DNA of 64,000 nt from Octopus vulgaris (lineage: Eukaryota), in assembly GCA_951406725.2 (NCBI GenBank), contig OX597834.1, positions 34,286,001 to 34,350,000 of the forward strand. Direction: 5' to 3'. The position numbers were made by a program, and so were the translations under genes. Below, in pieces: positions 53,671 through 64,000 of this stretch; the first letter of the stretch is position 1; every line of letters begins with the position of its first letter. The notes beneath the pieces were generated by a model. The model ran no database searches and had not been told where the DNA came from. It was given only the letters and a program-made list of their open reading frames with translations.

Positions 53671-54224
53671 GAGTGAGAGAGCAGTGCATGCCATCAAAGT
53701 GACACTGGGGTAAAATTTACGAAGCCCAGTATACCCATCATGACTACCTGTCTGATAAGGGTACACCAGGCACATGCATCACAACCATATGTCTGAGACA
53801 TGGTGATCTAATGTCAAGATAAACAGCACATGACCTTGCAGGTGGGACCCAGTTAGAATTTTCTTCAGGTCGAGTAACCCATCCTGCTCAAAAGGTTCCT
53901 GAATAAGGGTTGTTTAAGGATGTTGAACGAAACACCCATGTTTCCAGAGGTGAATTATTCAAACCCCAAAGAATCCCTCTCAACACATGGCTATGATGCT
54001 CCCCCACTACTTCTGCTCATGATCAGAGATGCACATATCGTCAGCCACTAAGGGACATGCTCAACTGGTTACGGTCAAACAACTGACAAGCAAATCTGTG
54101 GTATTGAGCAGAATATTTGCTGTAGCCCATCTTTTATACCAGGACAAAACAATGTACATGATAACACTTCCAATCAGTTAAGATTAGAAGACATGAGAGC
54201 CACTGCCTGGTACTGCATCAGGGC

Positions 54225-54227
<3 letters not shown>
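53671..54227. mobile_element. About 555-bp non-coding element inserted within a (TAA)n microsatellite
   Basis: More GC-rich complex sequence bounded on both sides by same-orientation (ATT)n runs. Confidence 0.6.
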
Positions 54228-54262
<35 letters not shown>

Positions 54263-54470
54263 GGGCAGTGAGCTGGCAGAATTGTTAGCACGCTGGGTGA
54301 AATGCTTAGCAGTATTTCGGCTGTCTTCGTGTTCTGAGTTCAAAATCCACACTTTGCCTTTCATCATTTTGGGGTCAGTAAAATAAGTACCAGTTGAGTA
54401 CTGGGGTCAATGTAATCGACTACACCCTCCCCCAAATTTCAGGCCTTGTACTTATAGTAGAAAGAATTAT
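54263..54470 (+). mobile_element. SINE family C (copies near 10033-10270 +, 5160-5335 -, 44925-45147 -, 25110-25250 +, 53220-53410 +, cluster 50770-51530)
   Basis: Shared GAGCTGGCAGAA...TTCTGAGTTCAAA...TTTGCCTTTCATC...AAAATAAGTACCAGT. Confidence 0.8.
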
Positions 54471-54504
54471 TATTATTATTATAATTGTTGTTGTTGTTGT
54501 TGTT

Positions 54505-54576
<72 letters not shown>

Positions 54577-56373
54577 AATAATAATAATTATAATAATTAT
54601 AATAATAATAACCACTGCTAAGCTTCAAGATGCTTCCTTTTGGTGCTCTTGATAGCTCTGAAAATTCTGAACAAGTTTGCAATCAGTTCAAAATAGAAAA
54701 TTTTAAGTAACTTGCCATTTATTTCTTACCAAAATTAACGAGGGAACATAGGTTATTTTTAACCTCTTTGTATTTCTTTTTGGAGATTAGTAAATAATGG
54801 TGTCATGAAGATACACCAAAATAACACACTGAACTATATGGTCTTGTGTTAATGGGAATAATTGCAGAGGCTATTTAGTTATATCCTTCTACAGACTAAG
54901 TTAAAATACTATTTCAGTTGCCAATCAGCTTTCTGGGATCAATGAAATAAGTACTGGCCCATAAATATTGTGATTAATTAAATTGCCAACTCCTATCTTG
55001 AAAAACTTTTTGCCTTGAGCTAAAATTAGAAATCCTTATTTTATTCAAATCCAGCTGGAGTCAGCTCTACTTTTTGATATTCCATGATCTAATCTGTGAT
55101 CAATTTTAGTTGTCATTTTATATTCAAAGTTCAACTCCTGTCCAGATAATTATGTCTTTCACCAAATTTTTGTCTTTGTTGAAAAATCAATATTATTATT
55201 ATTTGTATTATTAGAACTGTGAATTGCCAGAACCATGAGAGTGTTGCTACAGTGTCACACCCATTATTTGTTCTGGCTTTACATTTTGAGATCAAATCCT
55301 GCTGAAGTCAATTTTGTCATTCATCTCTCTGGGGTTGATAAGATAAAGTGCTTGCCAGGCCCATCATCAGACTTTAGTAATTTGTAATAATGCTGAAGTG
55401 GAGTCACTAAGGTGGAGTAAATCTGAGGGTGCACCATTGAATAGTCAAGAGGCAGTGCTGTTCAGTCCACTCCCTTCATGATGGGCCTGATACTAGTCCA
55501 AGGGTCCATATAATTGACTGACCTCCTCCCTCTAAAATGTTGGCCTTGTACTTAGTGTTAGAAACAACTAGCAGCTAAGGCCAGTTTCATCCAGTCTGTT
55601 TGGATAATGTGGCTGTGTTCATTTTTGGTTAGGTATAATCTATAAGAGCGTTTCTCAACCTTATCATTTCAGGTCCCCTGTTTTGATTGGAGTCTCCAGC
55701 TGTATGAACATTTTCTGACCCCACCCCGTCAGAAAACAGCTTCTAAGCAACTGGTTGTTTTAATGGCGGAAGGAAGAGGGGAATTCCATTAGAAAAATAT
55801 TTCATCGATTTTCTTGATAAGTATGGGGGCTAGGAGAAAACTACAAACCACATTCCAATCTGTGCACCCATCTCCACATGTGTGCCATTTTTCACGTGAA
55901 TCCACCCAGCCGTTTGGCTGTGAAGCTCAAGACAAGAAAGAATACAATGATCGCCCATGTCCAATTTATATTATAAATTGTTATCATAGTTATACATTGG
56001 GGTAATTAATTAAACCCTACTATAAGCAACATAAACTGTACTTTTATTATGTTTTTATTCTAAACAAAGTGTTATTGTCAAATCTCCATCTTACAAATTC
56101 ATTTATCATTAGGTCATACTGATATTTGATTATTATCAATGACTGAAACATATTAAAAACTGAATATTGTGTATATGTGGTAATGGTAGTGTTGAGGACA
56201 ATCAGATGTCTGGAGAATGAGTACATGTCCATAGTGATATTTAAATGTTAGATGATTAATACAATTAAGATGGTGAAGTTTGTTCAAGTCGTACACATTT
56301 ACTTCAGTGCCTTATGGTTTTAAATTCAAATCTTAGTTATCTCTCACAAGATCAATAAAAATACTACCAGTAA

Positions 56374-57225
56374 TATGAGGTACGGTCAACAAGTATCAGG
56401 GCTGTTGTCATAGTAACGAAGCTAAAGCATGCAGAGTGAAACCACTTGGCACAGATTAACCTTGAACTCTGCTGTGCATGTGCACTAATATTTTAAAGTT
56501 CTAGCTCACTTCCGCTGTTTACAGCAGTGCTTGGAAGGAAGTTGTGTTGCATGTGATTGTTGCATTGACCATGACAGAGAAAGTTGTCATGGTGATACCT
56601 GCTCAGAGGCCTGTGCAAAGTTGCAGAAAGTGTATGGAGAGGAATATATGAGCCACACACAAGTGTATGAGTGGTTCAGACGTTTCCAAGATGGCTGGAA
56701 AAATGTCAACATCGACAAACATTCTGGGAGACCCACAACCAGTAGAACTGAGGAAAACATCGCAGATGTGCATGCAGTTGTGAGGAGGAATCATCAAATC
56801 ACCATCCATGAGTTATCAGATGTACAAATTAGTTACGGTTCAGTTCAGTCCATTACAATTGAAGATTTGGGTATGTGATGCATGTCTGCCAAGTTTGTGT
56901 CAAAACTGCTTTCAACAGACCAAACAGACATTCAAGTTTCAGTTGCACAAGATCTCCTTGATTGTGCTGAGTTCGATGAAAGCTTTTGAAAACTTTGCAT
57001 AGGCCTCTGAATAGGTATCGCTAAGCTTTTGGCAAAATTTGATGCTGATTCTCTGCTCAACTTTCTCTCTCATAGTCAATACAACAATTTTACCCTACAT
57101 ACCTTCCTTCCAATCACTGCTGTAAACAGCAGAAGTGAGCTAGAATGTTAAAACTTACTGTGCATGCACAGCAGAGTTCAAGGTCAATCTGTGCTAAGTG
57201 GCTTCATTCTGTGTGCTTTTACTTA
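56374..57225 (+). mobile_element. Internally deleted mariner (Mos1/Hsmar-like) element with long inverted repeats
   Basis: HTH peptide LQKVYGEEYMSHTQVYEWFRRFQDG...HSGRPTTS; inverted repeats near 56422-56545 and 57100-57220. Confidence 0.85.
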
Positions 57226-59028
57226 TTGATCATCCCACTTACAGTGGGCAGAAGCCAATCTAATATGCTCCTACCTATAATACTCACCTCAGCTGACCAT
57301 ACTGTTGTAGAGTGCATATTAGCCTAGCTCAAATAAACCTGTGGAATGTAAGTAGCTAACAAATCATCTGGGTGTCACTCTCTTACTCATCAATCTAAAT
57401 TTGCTATACTTCTGTTGGATTGAAGACCTCAGAGTGCATTGTCTTCAGTGGTTATAAATGCAATAGCTAATCATGAGTCAGTCTGGAAATACTGAGTTTC
57501 CTCCAGTCCTAGTCTGATTTTGAAGCTCTTTGACTCTGCTGCTAGCCATAACAAAGGGAAACAAGCTCTATGTGGTCAGAGCATGGACCTTTGTCTTTCT
57601 ACAGCTCTTGTTTTTGATGGTGTAATACCAATACAATGTTTTTTGCTCATGAGGCTATAAATTTTGCACATTTCTTTTTTTTTATTTGTTTCAGTCATTG
57701 AACTGTGACCATGCTGGGGTACAAACTTGAAGAATTTAGTTGAACAGATCAACCCCAGTATTAATTTTTTGAAGCCTGGTACTTATTTTTTCAGCCTGTT
57801 TTTGCTGAGCCCCTCAGTTACAGGAATATAAACAAACTTACTCCAGTTGTTAAGTGGTAGTGGGGGACAAACAGAAACACACACACACACACACAATGGG
57901 TTTCTTTCAGTTTCTGTCTACCAAGTCTACTCACAAGGCTCTAGTCAACTCAGAGCTATTAGTAGATGACACTTGCTCAAATTGCCATATATTTTCCTTT
58001 TATTTTGTTGAACTGAGTAATGATTTTTAGATTGTCTAATATATTTTTAATGTTCTGTCGCCCATTATATAAATCATTACTTGATATCAAAAAACTAGCA
58101 TTCCTGTGTTCTGAATAAGCTATGTGCATGCTTCTACTTGACACACTCAACTCTCTACTCATCATATCTAATGTGTCACTGCATACCTCAATCATTCCTG
58201 CTGCTCTTTGGAAGTTCCTTCACACCCATACTTTTCCTGCAGATGTTAACCCGTACATATTCATACTGAATATCAACTGCATCAATATTACCAGTTGGGA
58301 ATGCTATTAAAGGTCATGAGCACTGCTTCTTTCTTCCATGACTAACTTATTTAAAAAAAAAAATCTTGACCAAGAAACAGCAAAACATTAAGTCTTATTT
58401 ACACACATAAATCTTTTGTAAGACGTTTGTTGACAGAAATTTTCCAGTCTTTTCTTCTATTGACAATTTTATCAGTGTATGTGTTTGTGCAATAAATTCC
58501 TCTCCATGAATTGAAGGTGTGAAGCTTCCATTGAATAGAAACATTTCTATTAAAGAATTCAAATGCAACTTTATCATGGCTACAATCATTTAATTATCTT
58601 ATAAGCAATACCATCTGTGTATTTCAGAATTTAGGCTATTTTATTTTTATTTATATACTAGCATAGCTGGGTTGGCAAAAATGCTGACACTTTTATTACT
58701 GATAGTAAATGGCACATCAACACAATGGGGAAAGCAATCTAGTAAAAATAATTGTCAGCAATCTAGTAAAAATATGTACATACATAGAATTGAAGCACTT
58801 GAAGATTTAAGATGTAACATCTTGGTTGAAAATATTTCCTATATAATGCATGTTTGTGTATGTATACACACAGACACACATGGATGTACATATATACTTA
58901 TATATTGAACTATCAAAGTTGGGAGTTAAGTCCAGGTATATATACTTACATACATATACACTTATATACACACACACATATAAATAAACATACACTCACA
59001 CACGTGTACATATATATGCCATCACAAA

Positions 59029-59094
<66 letters not shown>

Positions 59095-59099
<5 letters not shown>

Positions 59100-59850
59100 C
59101 AAAATAAGCAACAAGTATATCCAAGGTAGAGTAGTATAATTGTTTCATGCTACTTCATTTTATTAAACACTGTATTACATTAGTTTTAAAATGTCGAGCA
59201 ATCTTCAGCCACTTATAGAATTTTCCAATTAAACGGACAATGCACATTCTTATCCTTATTTCATTTGCCACCATTATAAAGAGGGTAGATATATAGAAGA
59301 TTATTTTTCAATGCCAATAAAACTAGTTGGAAGTTTGAGCATGACAAATTTTAAAAAGTGCTTCATACTGGGGCAATAGCTTTCTATTTTTTTTCTTTTG
59401 CTTGTTGATTAAAACAACTACAAATTTGCATGAAGTGTTTATAGCTGTGGTATATGTTGTAACATAGCTGGGTTTGTAGGGTACCAACTCCTTCAGTAGA
59501 CTCCGAGGATTTCGATAAGTTAGACCAAGGGCAAGTTGACAGCTGCAAGAAAAATATGGGCAAGGAAGGATTTCTAAAAAGAAAAGACTGAACAATGTGG
59601 TTTGGGTAGGTGTTGGGAGTGTAAAACAATATGGATAATAAGAGGGTAAAAAGCTAATGATTCAGAAGTGCTTAATTGGAAGCGGCATGAGATAATTAGC
59701 TTTGAGGAGTAGCAGTCACTGTAGTAGTGATCAAAAAGGCAGTGAGTGGAGACAGAATGCCTGTAAGCCAATGGTTGGTGCAGAGACTTTATACCAATCA
59801 ACTGAATGGCTTTTTTTGGATGCAGCCTAGAATGTTTGCATGTCAACCAG
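59095..59850 (-). mobile_element. Probable Penelope-like 3' remnant ending at (TA)n
   Basis: Hammerhead-like motif 59130-59213, weak GIY-YIG-end-like peptide (GVGTLQ), abuts a TA microsatellite. Confidence 0.35.
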
Positions 59851-62324
59851 CAGATGTAAGAACAATCCTCTACTGTGGATCTCAGCTATAATTTGTAGTT
59901 GTTGGACACTGAAGTATTTTCTGTACACCACTTCCATCAGCATGTCACAAGCAGCTTGTGAAAAGTTGGTTTTATGGTAGAGTCAAACACAGGTATCAGA
60001 ACTGTATCACCCTTATCAAATAGTTAAACTCTCATGCACTATATAGTCTCTGCAGCTAAAGACTACTGACCATGCATAAAATACAAATGTTTCAGTAATA
60101 CTTGGCTCCACATCAATACAGTAAATTGTATTTTCTAAATTTAATCTTACAAAAGCTTTCTTTCAAATATCACTGAAAAACCGATATAGCATTGTCTTTT
60201 GGTTTGTTTAAATTTTCGAGAACACTACTTCAGTTAAGAAGTGCCAGGTAAATTTTTATTATTGCTTGATTGATTACACTCTTTTGTGTCTGTTTGTGCG
60301 TGCATGTATTAACAATCTTTTGTCAACTTGCAACAATGAGAATAAACACCTTTAACATCTTGTGACACATTTTGAATAATTAGAAAAATACTAATTGTCA
60401 TAAACCTCATTAAATGAATTCTTGGCATTACTTTTCTCACATTACTCTGACACCATTTGGACCATTGGAGAATTTCACTGTTTCTTCATTAAATTTGCTG
60501 CCAATAAGAAATGGCTTTTCATCATCATTGTCATCATCATCGTCGTCATCATCATCGTCATCATTACCATCATTATCATCATTGTCGTCATCATTGTTGT
60601 TCTTTTAACATTTCTATGTTTTCTATGTTTGTATGGTTGGGTGGAATCTGTTGAAGCTGATTTTCTATGGTTAGTTACCTTCCCTGTCATCAACCCACAC
60701 CTATTTCCATGTAAACTAATACTCTTCTATGACCAGACATATTTACATGGAAAATTATAAATGTAGGATGTTGCTTGCGTGATGGTGAACTCAGTAACAA
60801 CTATCATGCAATGACAAGGCAAGGAGATAATGTCTCTCTCTCTCTCTTTCTCTCTCTCATACACACACACACACACACATGATAGGCTTCTTTCATTTTT
60901 TGTCTACCAAATCCACTCTTTAGTCTTTGATCAGCCTAGGGCTATAGTACAAGATACTTGCCCATGGTGCCATACATTGGGACTGAACCCCAAACCATGT
61001 AAGTTGGAAAGCAAAGTTCTTACTATGCACACTCAAAAAATGTATACTTCCGTTGATACTTTATCTCTAATTGTGTTTCAAAAATATTTCAGTTATCAGA
61101 ATAGCTAAAATAGTGGCAAAGTTAAAATTAGATTTACCAACTTCAGCTATCAGAGTTTTGACAAGCTGAAATCATTTCTCGTAAAAGTCAAAGAAATACC
61201 CATATTGATTCAACAGCTAGGGTTTTCATAATGACAGTGATTCTTTGAGAAACTTTGAAGGTGTGGATCTAGGAATGAGATTGATGTCCTTGTTTAGATA
61301 TAGGGTTTGGTTTACTCAAAGTTTTTCCCAATTTTATTTTATCAGATCAACTTGATTGAATCTTAGCTGACTTTGCATTCAGAATCATATAGCCATCTCA
61401 TGACAACAATATAGCGATCACCACAAGATACTGATCACCTCATGCTGCATTGTCCAGTTACTTTAATCTTGAGTGAAATATGGAACAATCTATGGATGGT
61501 GGAGGCATGCATCACTTTGGACTGAAAATGTAAATTTGGAGGTGTGGATATTGTACAAAACAAGTAAAACCAATCATCAGGAAGTTAATGGCATTTTCCA
61601 ACCATTGTCTTTCTTTTCAAGAAGTTTTATTCTTATTAAGATGAAATATAGCACTTTTCAAAAAAAGAATGTCTATAAAGGTATACTGTCTTTATAATTT
61701 TTGCCATATGTAAGGAAATGTTTTTGTAGTGTATACAGGACATAAACATTTTACTTAAGCACTATTTTCTTGCTTCAGCGAGTACTCTCCACTCTGTTAC
61801 TAGGACATCATCTCACAGTTCAAGATTGACAGTTTTAAGATTGCTAAATTCCAACTTTGTTTTTCTTAGCATGTGAAGATTTGACTCTTTTAGTTTTCAG
61901 CAGGTTGGCAACAAAGGAGAATAGCAATTGTGCAAGCAGGCAGACCTGTCAATATATTAACCAGTCTTTTCAAGCCAACATAAAAACACCATTTTACCTA
62001 CTGTCCTCAATAACCTTTACTTTTCGCCTGTAGCTGAGACAATATACTACCAGGTATCAAACATTCTGTACACATTGTCGAATGCTGGTATCCTTGAAAC
62101 TTTGAAATTATTATCAATTATTTAATGTGGCCAGTCATGAACAAAGGTTTGCAAACAGAGGTCTAAATCTAACATGCCAGTAATTAACTGAAAGTCCAGA
62201 CACAGCAAAGCTCTATTAGGAACTTTTATCACACACCCCTACATAAATCCATTTCAGCTACACACACACACACTGTATGTGTGTGTATGTGTCTAGTTGT
62301 TATGCTGCCTCAATCCAATGGATT

Positions 62325-62810
62325 TACTAATCCAAGTTGCTGATGCATTATACTCAATTAGCAGAAACATTTCTTGTGTCCAGCATCTCAACTGGATGAC
62401 AACTTTGAGGTCTTACTAATTACATCATTTCAAGTACAATATTTTCACATTTCAGTATCCTAGGTTATCTATGGACTGAATGATTACTCACCACCTCTGC
62501 AGCATAGGAATAGCAGAGTGTTTCCACCAATAATTTAACACTTCTCACACGTATCCCTACAAATCTGTTTCTAATGTTTCCTGCAGAACAAACCATTAGC
62601 TCAATTCCAACTACAACTGAGAACCTCTTTTGGGGAAAAGAACCACAAAACATATTTTGAGTGTGTTTGTGTACTGTAACCAGTTAAGCAAACTCATACA
62701 ACTAGCATACACTGGACCCTGCCCAAACTTATTTCATTACAAGAAATTTTTCAAAATCCACAACATTGTAAGTATTGATAGATTAAAACCAGTATTACCT
62801 GACTTGCAAG
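62325..62810 (+). mobile_element. Gypsy LTR-retrotransposon pol remnant
   Basis: VADAL near 62336 (end of RNase H) and a GPY/F-like integrase C-terminus VFVY...AYTGP...VSIDRLKP. Confidence 0.65.
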
Positions 62811-63559
62811 AAAATTCTACAAATATTGCAAGCAATTCAAAAATAGACCATTCTCCTTAACATAAAAGTGTTCTCAACAAAACATTCTACGATACATACT
62901 TTCTTCATCATATACATTTTCCAGACCAATCTAAGACATTTGCCAGCTAAAGTCACTCATTAATCACTATTAACCTACATTGAAACAAATTCATTCAAAA
63001 AGCAGCCAATATCATTTTGTTTCCCAATGACAACACCGCAATAATCAATCACCTTAACATTTAGCATATTTCCAACTAATTAAATAGCAATATAAACACA
63101 AGCAATATAAATTTACCCTCACACAATGGCAGCCTTTCCAACATCTCATCTTCTTTTGCAGGTATATGAAAGAATTTAATAACTCTTTTACTATGTGAAA
63201 CATTTTTATCTCAAACCAAAGAGGGAACCTCTACATGGTCACTTAAGACGCTAGAAATAGCAATCAAATCTTATTTAAATCACATCTAAAAAATGGCATA
63301 TTGAATAATATAGCCTATGATACAATATGTTCATGACTGGAATGTGTTTGATCATGTATCACCTTAATCAGCACTAATCTGGGGCTAAACAAAAATAGTG
63401 ATTCTGTGGTTTAGAGTGTAAATTTGTCTCTAACTTATTTACAGTTGAGCAGCATGAGCCATTTCAGACATTTCAGAGTTAAGTAAAGGTCTTTTTTGTT
63501 TTAGCATTGGTTCAAGGCAATCTCCACATCTCTATTTTTTTTTTTTAAAGTCAAGGTTA

Positions 63560-64000
63560 TAAAATAGAAACCGAAAGCACCGAGATGCGAATAGAAAGAT
63601 GACAAAACTTATATTCATCGACCGACGGAGAGATGAAAAGTTGTATAATTTGAACCACAGTATGATTATTTTTGAAGTGTAAAATAATAAGAGAGAGAGG
63701 TGGGCGGGAAAGAAAGAGAGAGGGAGAAAAGAGAGAGAGAGAGGAAAAATTGCTCTAAACTCGGAAATAACCTATAACTTCCGACAGATCGTTGTCAAAG
63801 CAACTTATATACTGTCGATTAGCCCCATCCCCACTCCTTTGCTTTGAAAATAAAAAATGGAAATTGTTTGCCTTATCTTGTACCATTTTATCGATAACTT
63901 CAGTGCTGACAATATATTTATTTATTTCGCACATGCCCTCATCTCTTTCCACACGTTTTTCGATCTGTATATGTGTTTTCGTACCTGTCAAAGACAGATC
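63560..64000 (-). promoter_or_regulatory. CpG-retaining 5' region with a candidate non-coding first-exon donor (CAG|GTACGA, exon end 63985)
   Basis: CpG density rises visibly relative to the CpG-poor gene body; GGGCGG box near 63702; coding exon 1 has an upstream acceptor and therefore needs a 5' exon. Confidence 0.4.

Overview
AT-rich eukaryotic genomic DNA dense in microsatellites and SINEs; the repeat landscape looks most like an Octopus (coleoid cephalopod) genome, which is an inference. Most of the window is one minus-strand, multi-exon centriolin (CNTRL/CEP110)-like gene. I traced 30 GT-AG coding exons by hand with consistent phases, from the ATG at 53146 to 293 (5754 nt, 1918 codons). 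They encode N-terminal LRRs, long coiled coils, a 1.3-kb Q/P-rich exon and the FCNIPDHSNLE motif. The gene continues past position 1, and a probable non-coding first exon lies at the right edge. Introns hold tRNA-derived SINEs and remnants of RTE, R4/Dong and CR1-like LINEs, Tc1 and mariner elements, a Gypsy integrase and Penelope-like elements. The most notable observations are several hammerhead-ribozyme-like motifs (one next to a tRNA-like head, two inverted inside a 260-bp palindrome), a near-perfect 280-bp hairpin, and a CpG-retaining island with plus-strand splice signals inside the 12-kb intron, suggesting a nested antisense transcript or internal promoter. Most short ORFs in the supplied track are microsatellite artefacts.
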